DNA from: an uncultured marine group III euryarchaeote
Lineage (GTDB): Archaea > Thermoplasmatota > Poseidoniia > MGIII > CG-Epi1
Direction of reading: 5' to 3'
DNA: 64,000 nucleotides
NCBI GenBank assembly: GCA_902627615.1
Contig: CACOJW010000006.1
Coordinates: forward strand, 31,204 to 95,203
This document shows positions 10,167 through 18,266 of this stretch, piece by piece (the stretch's first letter is position 1; every line of letters starts with the position of its first letter). Under the pieces are notes generated by a model. It did not search any database, was not told the origin of the DNA, and saw nothing but the letters and a program-made list of their open reading frames with translations. Made by a program: the position numbers and the translations under genes.

Positions 10167-10242
10167 TGGTGCGGGTGCCGGGATTTGAACCCGGGTTCCA
10201 AACTTGGCAAGCTTGAGTGATACCAGGCTACACCACACCCGC
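10167..10242 (-). tRNA. tRNA-Gly (anticodon GCC), CCA encoded
   Basis: The reverse complement folds as a cloverleaf. Acceptor GCGGGTG/CACCCGC, anticodon stem CAAGC/GTTTG, loop TTGCCAA, T-arm CCGGG-TTCAAAT-CCCGG, discriminator A, then CCA. Confidence 0.92.
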
Positions 10243-10265
10243 GTGTTTTGGTCCAGAATAATGGG

Positions 10266-10274
10266 TTAATAAAG
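10266..10274 (-). promoter_or_regulatory. TATA-box candidate for tRNA-Gly
   Basis: The minus strand reads CTTTATTAA, centred ~28 nt upstream of the tRNA 5' end at 10242. Confidence 0.45.
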
Positions 10275-10296
10275 CCTTGATTGTGTCAATTGTAGA

Positions 10297-10503
10297 ATGG
10301 TGAGTGGCAATACAAATGGGAAAAGGCAGCAAGTTTCACCAATATACGGTGTAATTAGTGTAGTATTTGGAATTTTTATGATACGCATTGCTTTAGCTTA
10401 TACCATTACAACAGTGAGTTACGTTTTGATATTTTTTGGATTATTTACGATAATAATTGGAATAGGTATATTGGTAAGTTATAACAAAAAGGAGGGACAG
10501 TAG
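10297..10503 (+). CDS. Small hypothetical membrane protein (two predicted TM helices)
   Basis: 68-aa ORF with two hydrophobic stretches (IYGVISVVFGIFMIRIALAY, YVLIFFGLFTIIIGIGILV). No recognisable family. Confidence 0.4.
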   Translation: MVSGNTNGKRQQVSPIYGVISVVFGIFMIRIALAYTITTVSYVLIFFGLFTIIIGIGILVSYNKKEGQ

Positions 10504-10581
10504 CTTTCATTAGGAGATATCCCAGACTGGAAGTAACAAAGATTAAAAAACTGGATTTTTCGTCTTTGAACTGAGCGTAAA

Positions 10582-11502
10582 ATGTCGGATAATCAAACAG
10601 AAGAAAGCCTTTCTGAAGCATGGAACGAAAATAGATTTCCAATCTTAGCATTAGCTCTTTGTTTTGTCATTGCTCATATTACTGCAATGTACATGGTTCC
10701 TGCTTATGAGGAAGCTGAAGTCCAGGCTTTTGAGGATCCAGATGACCCCACAAATTCGGCATACTACATTGGAATAATTCTCGTTTTTACAGCTTTTATT
10801 TTGTGGATTGCAAAGCAAAATCTTGACTGGGTATTGCAGGGAATTTTCTTGACAGCAATTGGAACCACTTTCATTTATGTGTTTTATCCGTTTTTTAATA
10901 GCTACGGAATAGAAGGTTTTGCAGGATATGTCGGTGCAACGGCATTTGCAGTACAATTAACATTTCTTTTGGTTTCATATCCTGAATGGTATGTTATAGA
11001 TCTCTCAGGAGTTATTCTTGCAGCAGGTGTATCTGCTATTTTTGGAATATCTTTTGGACTTTTACCTGCTTTACTTCTTCTTACAGGTTTGGCGATTTAT
11101 GATGCTTGGGCAGTTTATCGTACAGGGCACATGGTGGATTTAGCAGATTCAGTTATGGATCTTAAATTGCCAATTTTACTAGTAATGCCCAAATCGTGGG
11201 ATTACTCATTCTTAAAACAGGGAAGTCTGAATGAGCAGATTGAATCAGGTGAAAAGAGAGGGGCTCTTTTCATGGGATTAGGTGATTTAGTGATACCTGG
11301 AGCTCTAGTTGTATCATCCAAATCGGCTTTGGGATGGTCAGTTGGTTTAGCTACCATGGTTGGTAGTTTGGCAGGTTTCTTTATTTTGATGATATACGTG
11401 CTTAGTGGAAGACCACAGGCCGGTTTACCCTTATTGAATGGTGGAGCAATTTTGGGATATTTCGTCGGAGCATTTCTCTTCGCTGGCGAATTAGGATTAT
11501 GA
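10582..11502 (+). CDS. Presenilin / signal-peptide-peptidase-like intramembrane aspartyl protease (family A22)
   Basis: Polytopic membrane protein with the YD motif (LAIYDAW), the GxGD motif (FMGLGDLVIPG) and a PAL-like motif (GLPLLNGG), in the canonical order. Confidence 0.75.
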   Translation: MSDNQTEESLSEAWNENRFPILALALCFVIAHITAMYMVPAYEEAEVQAFEDPDDPTNSAYYIGIILVFTAFILWIAKQNLDWVLQGIFLTAIGTTFIYVFYPFFNSYGIEGFAGYVGATAFAVQLTFLLVSYPEWYVIDLSGVILAAGVSAIFGISFGLLPALLLLTGLAIYDAWAVYRTGHMVDLADSVMDLKLPILLVMPKSWDYSFLKQGSLNEQIESGEKRGALFMGLGDLVIPGALVVSSKSALGWSVGLATMVGSLAGFFILMIYVLSGRPQAGLPLLNGGAILGYFVGAFLFAGELGL

Positions 11503-12242
11503 AAATAGTTCCAGTTCATGGCTATGCAGCCTTGCACTTTGTTGATGAATCTGCATTATTGCTATCAGATTTGCATTACGGCGTAGAAGCTGAGATGCTA
11601 AAGAGCGGAGTTTGGGTTCCGAATAGATCGACATCTCGAACAGAAAAAGTTCTTAAATTAATTAAAGAAACTAAATCAAAGAAACTAATCCTTTTGGGAG
11701 ATGTTAAGCATCAAGTTCCTCATAATAGTAAGCAACAAAGAACAGATTTAGACCAATTTTTCATGGCCACTACTAGAATAGCTCAGGTAGAAATTATTCC
11801 AGGTAATCATGATGGTGGTTTGAAAGATATTGCACCTGAGAATGTAATATTTCATGAATCTAAGGGATGTCGACTAGGTAATGTGGGCTTGATTCACGGT
11901 CACGCCTGGCCATCTCAAGAAGTAATGAATTCAAAATTGTTAATTGCAGGTCATCAACATCCGGCATTGTCGTTTAGAGACAGATTAGACAAGCTGCACA
12001 GTGAACCTTGTTGGCTCAGGGCTCCTATGTTGCAGCATGAAAAATATGATAAAATCCCAGAGCAGCTGATTGTTATGCCCGCCTTTGGAGAGCTAGCAGG
12101 TAGGACAATGAATAGAGAGCCCTTGAAGGGCCTAGGTCCTCTTTTCAGAAACGGTTTAGTTGATTTAGCTAAAGCTAGAGTTGAAACATTAGAAGGATTA
12201 GATTTTGGTGAGCTAGGAAGTTTATCTGATTTAAGATTATGA
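11499..12242 (+). CDS. Binuclear metallophosphoesterase (Lhr-associated MPE type)
   Basis: Motifs LSDLHYG, LLGDVKH, GNHD, GHAW and GHQHP. ATGA start/stop overlaps with both neighbouring genes. Confidence 0.8.
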   Translation: MKIVPVHGYAALHFVDESALLLSDLHYGVEAEMLKSGVWVPNRSTSRTEKVLKLIKETKSKKLILLGDVKHQVPHNSKQQRTDLDQFFMATTRIAQVEIIPGNHDGGLKDIAPENVIFHESKGCRLGNVGLIHGHAWPSQEVMNSKLLIAGHQHPALSFRDRLDKLHSEPCWLRAPMLQHEKYDKIPEQLIVMPAFGELAGRTMNREPLKGLGPLFRNGLVDLAKARVETLEGLDFGELGSLSDLRL

Positions 12243-14923
12243 AAATAAATTCAGAATTGCTTCAAGCTCTCGAAAGTAGAGGACTTTCTGAACCTACTCT
12301 GGCACAGTCTTCCACATGGCCAGTAATAGATTCAAGGAAAAATGTTCTCTTGATTGCTCCAACAGGTGTTGGCAAGACAGAGGCAGCAATGGTTCCCTTG
12401 TTTCATAGATTATTAGAGGAAGAATCGAAGCCGATATCGATACTTTACATCACGCCTCTGAGATCTCTTAATCGCGATATGCTTCGCAGATTGAATGATA
12501 TAGGAGAAGAATTAGGAATCTCTGTAGCAGTTAGACATGGAGACACAACTACGGCAGAAAGAAGCAGACAGTCTAAAAATCCTCCACAGATTTTGATTAC
12601 AACTCCAGAAACGTTACAAATAATGCTTTCAGGTAAGCGCCTTCGAGAGAATCTTTCAGGTGTACAAGCAGTTGTTATTGATGAAGTTCATGAGCTAGCA
12701 TCAAGCGAGCGGGGAGCTCAGTTGAGTATAGCACTGGAGCGCTTGGTGTTGCTTTCAGGAGAATTCCAACGCGTGGGCTTGAGTGCAACAGTTGGAACTC
12801 CAAAGGAGGTTTCATCTTTCTTAGCAGGTGATAGGGACGTCGAGATAGTTACGCCCAAACTTGAACGTAAAATGGATTTACTTGTTCATGCACCAGAGCC
12901 AGTTTCAGATGATGATGAATTAGTTAACGAATTATATTGGGAGCCCGAAAGAGTTGCAGCACTTCGATATTCAGCAGAGGCCTCAGCAATGGGCCCTACT
13001 CTTTTGTTTGTTAATACGCGAGATACAGCAGAGGCAATGGGAGTTCGCTGGAATATGTGGGATCCTGAGGCCAGTATTCAAGTTCATCATGGTTCATTGA
13101 GCAAAGAGGTTCGTATCGAAGCAGAAGAAGAATACCGTCTAGGTGACGTCAATACTTTGATATGTACGTCATCATTGGAATTAGGTATTGACGTAGGTAA
13201 TACAGCTCTTGTAATACAATACAACTCGCCCAGAGATGCTTCAAGAATGAGTCAACGTCTTGGTCGTTCAGGTCATAGAATCAAGGAAACAGCAATTGGC
13301 CGTATTGTATCAACCGAGGCTACACAAATCCTTGAATCAGCAGTTATTGCACGACGGACTTTAGAAGGAGAATTAGAGCCCTCAAGAATAAGAGAAATGC
13401 CGATGGCAGTTCTCGCCAATCAAATTATTTCTTGGACAGTCTGCGACAAAAATGTAGATAAGTTAACTTTTCTAAATACAATAAAGAAAGCCTATCCTTT
13501 TAGAAAATTCAATGAAATTGAACTTGACGAAATGCTGAGCTTGTTAGACCAAGTTCATCAAAATCGTACAATAGGTAAATCTGTTAGACAAGGACCTAGA
13601 GCCATGAAATATTTCCACGGTAATTTATCATTGATTCCTGATCAGAGAACCTATGGAGTTAGAGATATTACAACTCGTAAAATGATTGGAAGGCTGGATG
13701 AACGTTTTATCCTTGATCTAGCTCCAGGAGACAGGATTGTCTTTAGGGGAGCTGTGTGGGCAGTCGTTGAGATAGATGAAGAAGTTACAGTTTCTCCATC
13801 AGCCTCTATTGGAGAGTTGCCAAGATGGATTGGTGAAGACATTCCAGTTCCATTTTCTGTAGCTCAAGAAGCATCGCAAAGGCTTTGTGATGGTAACTGG
13901 GAAGGTTTACCTATAACAGAAGAAGCAAAGGCTGTTTTAGTTGAATACCAGCAAGAAATTTTGGATGCAGGAGTAATGCCCTCTCCTAATTGTATATCTA
14001 TAGAGCAGCATGAGCGTTTATTTATCTTGAATTATCCCGGAGGTAGTCGGCTTAATCGAACTATCGGTATGATTATTGGTGCAATGTTGTCTGCTAAAAG
14101 TGGGTACAAAGTTGGATACCAGTTTGATCCCTACAGAATTATCCTAGATGTTCCTACTAGGACAACTGTCAAAGATATGTTAGCAATAACAAAGGGCTTT
14201 CAATCAGAAATAGGTAGTTTACTTAGGTTTGCAATCAAAGACAGTCCTGCGTTGAAGTCTCAATTACTTCACTCAGCAAGGAAGATGGGGGCTATCGCCC
14301 CAGATGCAGATGTAGGTAAGTTTGGTATGAGAAAATTGATAGAAGCTTATTCTGATACTCCCTTGTATACCGAAGCAGTAGAAAGATTTCTCTTTCACCA
14401 GTTAGACGAGGAAGGAATGGAAGAATTTATCAGGAATATCAATTCAGGAAAGATAAAAGTACTTCTTTCTCCTAAAACGCCTCACGGTTATGCAGGCTTA
14501 GATCCATATAGAGATTATCTTAAACCACCGAAATCAGACGGTGCAGTAGTTACGGCAGTAAAGAGGAGGTTGTTGCGTACTAATCTTTCCCTGAGGTGTC
14601 TCTCCTGTGACAACATACGAAAGAGGAAAGTGAATGCTATTACGAAGCATGAACTTGTTTGTCCACAGTGTAATAGTCGAATGGTCGCTCTTTTGCACCC
14701 TATGGAAGCAGATAAGGAATTAAGTGCTAAGAAATTGACTAAATCGGCTTCTTTAGCTAAATCTCATGGTGAAAGAGCTGCTTTAGCTATTGCTGGAAGA
14801 GGGATAGGTCCAGATACAGCTGGAAGAATATTGAGAAAGCAATTGGGCGACGACACAGAATTGGTAAAAGCAATTATCGAGGCTGAAATAACTTATGCCA
14901 GAACTCGAAGATTCTGGGATTAA
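12239..14923 (+). CDS. lhr: Lhr-family superfamily-2 DEAD/DEAH-box helicase with a C-terminal zinc ribbon
   Basis: Motif I APTGVGKTEAA, motif II DEVHEL, SAT, motif VI QRLGRSGHR. Long C-terminal extension containing CLSC..CPQC. Confidence 0.85.
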   Translation: MKINSELLQALESRGLSEPTLAQSSTWPVIDSRKNVLLIAPTGVGKTEAAMVPLFHRLLEEESKPISILYITPLRSLNRDMLRRLNDIGEELGISVAVRHGDTTTAERSRQSKNPPQILITTPETLQIMLSGKRLRENLSGVQAVVIDEVHELASSERGAQLSIALERLVLLSGEFQRVGLSATVGTPKEVSSFLAGDRDVEIVTPKLERKMDLLVHAPEPVSDDDELVNELYWEPERVAALRYSAEASAMGPTLLFVNTRDTAEAMGVRWNMWDPEASIQVHHGSLSKEVRIEAEEEYRLGDVNTLICTSSLELGIDVGNTALVIQYNSPRDASRMSQRLGRSGHRIKETAIGRIVSTEATQILESAVIARRTLEGELEPSRIREMPMAVLANQIISWTVCDKNVDKLTFLNTIKKAYPFRKFNEIELDEMLSLLDQVHQNRTIGKSVRQGPRAMKYFHGNLSLIPDQRTYGVRDITTRKMIGRLDERFILDLAPGDRIVFRGAVWAVVEIDEEVTVSPSASIGELPRWIGEDIPVPFSVAQEASQRLCDGNWEGLPITEEAKAVLVEYQQEILDAGVMPSPNCISIEQHERLFILNYPGGSRLNRTIGMIIGAMLSAKSGYKVGYQFDPYRIILDVPTRTTVKDMLAITKGFQSEIGSLLRFAIKDSPALKSQLLHSARKMGAIAPDADVGKFGMRKLIEAYSDTPLYTEAVERFLFHQLDEEGMEEFIRNINSGKIKVLLSPKTPHGYAGLDPYRDYLKPPKSDGAVVTAVKRRLLRTNLSLRCLSCDNIRKRKVNAITKHELVCPQCNSRMVALLHPMEADKELSAKKLTKSASLAKSHGERAALAIAGRGIGPDTAGRILRKQLGDDTELVKAIIEAEITYARTRRFWD

Positions 14924-15006
14924 GTGCAAAAAAAGCTAGGCTAAACTATAGACGTTTTGTGGTGAAAAGAGTTTTTCAAAACTGTAGACAATGCTTCCAT
15001 GTATAA

Positions 15007-15014
15007 TTTAAATA
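15007..15014 (+). promoter_or_regulatory. TATA-box candidate (TTTAAATA) for the 15037 gene, leaderless geometry
   Basis: TTTAAATA ends 23 nt before the ATG at 15037. No Shine-Dalgarno-like sequence lies between them. Confidence 0.45.
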
Positions 15015-15036
15015 TCTGATTCCACAGGGTGTAGTA

Positions 15037-16371
15037 ATGAGCAATCGTGAAATCAATGCAGCTATACCTGTAACAGTCTTTTTGCTACTTTCAGTAACAC
15101 TTTATGGATTATATGACAATTTATCGGGGGATGATGAAGGTTTGGCTTTAGATTTAGTTGATCCTGTTTGGGATTATGAACACGATGCGGAGACAGGTTA
15201 TGGCTCAGTTACAGGAGGCTATGTTTACAGAGGAGAAAACGCACCTTCACTTTATGGAAAATATATTTATGCAGATTATATCATGGGTAAGATTTGGGCT
15301 TTGGAAATAGGTGGAGATTCTAAAACTAATGAAGTAGTCTATGACAGTAAAGCTAATACTTCGTTGACAGGCAACTCACGAATTTCAGTATCATCTTTTG
15401 GAGAATCTGAAGATGGTGAATTATACTTTTCAGATAGAGATACAGGAAAAGTCTTTGGATTTACTGAAAATAATAATGGCGATATTATTCTTGAAGATTA
15501 TAATTCTAATATTTCAATAACTCAATTGATTGGAGTGTACAACGCAGGAGATTCTTCTAATCGGTTGTTTGGTGTTGAGCAAGCAGGTAGAGTTCATATA
15601 ATTGAAAAGGATAAAAATGAAACTGAAATTTTGCTAGATATAACTGACAAAGTAGAAAATGCTGATTGGGAACAAGGACTGCTTGGCCTTGCTTTCCATC
15701 CAAATTTTGAAGATAATGGACAGTTTTTTGTTACTTACACCGTTAAAGGTCTTGGCGACGAAGCAGCTACACTAAGATTATCAAAATTTGTGGGAGGTAA
15801 TGAGACAGTAGTGCTAGATGTAGATCAGCCTTATGTAAATCATAATGGCGGACACATTATGTTCGGTCCTGATGGTTATCTGTATTATGGTCTAGGTGAT
15901 GGTGGGAAGTATAATGATGCTTATGATCATGCTCAGAACTTGAAAACATTGAAGGGTTCAGTACTAAGGCTAAATGTGGATGGAGATGAATATACTATTC
16001 CTAGTGATAATCCGTTTGTTGGAAATGATAATGGTTACAGAGAGGAAATATTTGCATATGGTTTTAGAAATCCTTGGATGTTTGGTTTTGATAGTGAAAC
16101 AGGAGATCTATGGCTTGGAGATGTTGGGCAAGATAAGTGGGAAGAAGTTAATGTAGTAATTTCAGGAGGAAATTATGGTTGGGCTTTTAGGGAAGGAACA
16201 AACTGTTTTGATTCTCCTTTCGCGCATTATGATGGTCATAGTTGTGGAGAGATAGACAGTTGGACCTATGGTGCATTTATGTACGAAAGAGTTTTACTGA
16301 ATATACCCTTGATGGTATTTCTGTTAGCTTCAATAGCAATATCTAGCAGATACAAAGTAAAAATAGGATAA
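15037..16371 (+). CDS. PQQ-dependent (soluble) sugar dehydrogenase-like beta-propeller, circularly permuted, with N- and C-terminal hydrophobic anchors
   Basis: Family motifs GLLGLAFHPNF, NHNGGHIMFGPDGYLYYGLGDGG, LKGSVLRLNVDG..IPSDNPF, YGFRNPW and GGNYGW. The normally C-terminal blades (GGYVYRG..GKYIYADY..GKIWAL, FGESEDGELYFSD) are at the N-terminus. Confidence 0.75.
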   Translation: MSNREINAAIPVTVFLLLSVTLYGLYDNLSGDDEGLALDLVDPVWDYEHDAETGYGSVTGGYVYRGENAPSLYGKYIYADYIMGKIWALEIGGDSKTNEVVYDSKANTSLTGNSRISVSSFGESEDGELYFSDRDTGKVFGFTENNNGDIILEDYNSNISITQLIGVYNAGDSSNRLFGVEQAGRVHIIEKDKNETEILLDITDKVENADWEQGLLGLAFHPNFEDNGQFFVTYTVKGLGDEAATLRLSKFVGGNETVVLDVDQPYVNHNGGHIMFGPDGYLYYGLGDGGKYNDAYDHAQNLKTLKGSVLRLNVDGDEYTIPSDNPFVGNDNGYREEIFAYGFRNPWMFGFDSETGDLWLGDVGQDKWEEVNVVISGGNYGWAFREGTNCFDSPFAHYDGHSCGEIDSWTYGAFMYERVLLNIPLMVFLLASIAISSRYKVKIG

Positions 16372-16391
16372 TTTCTTATTTACAGGACTAA

Positions 16392-17447
16392 TTGCTTATT
16401 GTGAACGACAAAGAAAGGAAAATTTATTCACGCCAAATTACTCTGCCAGAAGTGGGATTGAAGGGCCAGGAAGAATTGGAAGAGCATGGAATTCTCATTG
16501 TTGGAATGGGCGGTTTAGGTTGTCCTGTTGCGCAATATTTGATTAGTTCTGGTGTAGGTTATTTGACTATAATGGATCCTGATAAAGTAGAGTTATCTAA
16601 TTTGTCAAGACAACCTCTGTATTCTGAAAAAGATGTTGGAGAGTACAAAGTAAATGTAGCCAAAAACGTTTTATCCAAAATTAATCCAAATGCAGTAATT
16701 AATGAAGTTTCAGAGGCATTAACCAGAGATAATGATCTTACAATTATTAGTTCACATGATTTTGTTATAGATTGTACAGATAATGTAGATACACGTTATG
16801 TTCTTTCAGATATGTGTCAATCGATAGGCACTCCGTTAATACATGGTGGAATCAGAGCTAATGAGGGAAATACAGGAGTTTTCTTGCCAGGTAGCGGATA
16901 TTACAGAGCATTGTATCCTAAACCACCATCTCCAGAGTCAGTAGTTGATTGTTCGACAACAGGAGTACTAAGTTCATTTGTGGGGTGGGTAGGCATGCAT
17001 CAAGCAATGTTAGCTATTCAATTAGCTCTCGGATTGATTAAAGAATCTTGTTTCTTTTTCTTAGACGGACGTAAAGGCACAATTCGACAAGTTGAAGTTC
17101 CAGACCAAATTGTTGAAATTAAAAATGAATTACCTAAAGAACTACCTGATCATATGTCTGCATCTGAATTGAAACAAAGATTGGAATCAGATAATCCTCC
17201 AGTCTTGATTGATGTAAGGGGTCTTGCTGAGAGAGAAGAGGTCAAAATAGAGGCTAAGGATATTCACATTCCTATGGACATTTTTGTTCAGACAGTTGAT
17301 TCAATTCCTAAAGATGGAAACATTGTCCTTTACTGTCATTTAGGTATAAGATCAAATGCAGCTAGAGCTTGGCTTGAATCTCAAGAAATACCTGCCAGTC
17401 ATTTGAAAGGTGGAATAGAAAGTTGGTTGTTTGAATTTGGAATGTGA
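16392..17447 (+). CDS. MoeB/ThiF/UbaA-type E1 adenylyltransferase fused to a C-terminal rhodanese domain
   Basis: YSRQI, the Rossmann motif IVGMGGLGCPVAQYL, DCSTTGVL, and a rhodanese active-site loop YCHLGIRS. TTG start; GTG at 16401 is an alternative. Confidence 0.8.
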   Translation: MLIVNDKERKIYSRQITLPEVGLKGQEELEEHGILIVGMGGLGCPVAQYLISSGVGYLTIMDPDKVELSNLSRQPLYSEKDVGEYKVNVAKNVLSKINPNAVINEVSEALTRDNDLTIISSHDFVIDCTDNVDTRYVLSDMCQSIGTPLIHGGIRANEGNTGVFLPGSGYYRALYPKPPSPESVVDCSTTGVLSSFVGWVGMHQAMLAIQLALGLIKESCFFFLDGRKGTIRQVEVPDQIVEIKNELPKELPDHMSASELKQRLESDNPPVLIDVRGLAEREEVKIEAKDIHIPMDIFVQTVDSIPKDGNIVLYCHLGIRSNAARAWLESQEIPASHLKGGIESWLFEFGM

Positions 17448-18218
17448 TTATTTTAGACCCATTTCTTTTCTATCAATAATAGTGTATCCTCTGGACTTTA
17501 GATTATCTAGATAACCATACCAATAGACAAGAATTCCTTGACCATATAATTCAACATATTTGGAGACCTGCCCACTGTGATTTTTGCGATGTATATACTC
17601 ATCACCAAAACTTGCTTTTGATTCAATCCAATTATATTCATCACCGTGCCAATTAATTGGCTTTTTGAGTAGGAAATCAGGAGTTTTTCCTTCAACAGTT
17701 CCAGCTCTGAGATCTTCTTCTGTAAAATAAGCAATATCTCTTTCATCTAGCCATTCACCAATCAGATCTTCTCTTCTATTTCCTTCGGCCGACTGTTTGT
17801 TGTGTGATGTTGGCGTATATAGTTCATCTCGTTCTAGAATTTCATCAAGTTCTTTTTTAAGTCTTAAATTTTTTTTAACCAAATTTGTATTTTTCATTAT
17901 TTCTTTTGTTCTTTTCTTGGAAAATCTCATCTTTAGCATTAAGAAATTTGCTAATAGAACTGGTGGAAAATCAACCTGTAAAGCAAGCTCGCTCAAAGAT
18001 TTTCCTTCTTTCCATTCTCCGTAGAGTAATCCAGCTTTATCTTTCACTTTGTAATGATTTTTAATTGATTTTCTTTGAAGATATTGGGACCTTATTGCTC
18101 GTGTAGCATCATAGGGTTGACCAAGCTTTTCAGATACTACATCAACTCCTGAATGTACTCCATAACCTCTAAATTTTTCAAGTTCCTCAATAAGTTTGTA
18201 ATATGTATCTAAATCCAC
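17448..18218 (-). CDS. PD-(D/E)xK nuclease-fold protein of the TPD-motif (CDIN1/C15orf41-like) family
   Basis: C-terminal GKTPDFLL..NWIESKASFGD..GILVYWYGY gives a D...E-x-K arrangement. The N-terminal region is helical. GTG start. Confidence 0.55.
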   Translation of the reverse strand: MDLDTYYKLIEELEKFRGYGVHSGVDVVSEKLGQPYDATRAIRSQYLQRKSIKNHYKVKDKAGLLYGEWKEGKSLSELALQVDFPPVLLANFLMLKMRFSKKRTKEIMKNTNLVKKNLRLKKELDEILERDELYTPTSHNKQSAEGNRREDLIGEWLDERDIAYFTEEDLRAGTVEGKTPDFLLKKPINWHGDEYNWIESKASFGDEYIHRKNHSGQVSKYVELYGQGILVYWYGYLDNLKSRGYTIIDRKEMGLK

Positions 18219-18266
18219 GACTGGCTAATGGGGTCAGCTAATAAGAGAGAGGGTCTATAGGCGATT

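Noticed and set aside
3788-10210. About a dozen 60-110-aa ORFs inside or antisense to the giant gene (3788-4097, 6221-7456, 7558-7767, 7967-8158, 9664-9858, 9995-10210)
   Set aside because: All are nested in the single long frame whose repeat and motif structure is coherent. The last one also crosses the tRNA-Gly gene.
10167-10581. tRNA-Gly and tRNA-Arg (52420-52495) as integration sites of a mobile element
   Set aside because: No integrase, transposase, direct repeat of the tRNA 3' end, or compositional shift was seen next to either tRNA.
10445-11537. Minus-strand ORFs 10445-10651, 10651-10956 and 11202-11537
   Set aside because: They are antisense shadows of the small membrane protein and presenilin-like genes, and their compositions look implausible for real proteins.
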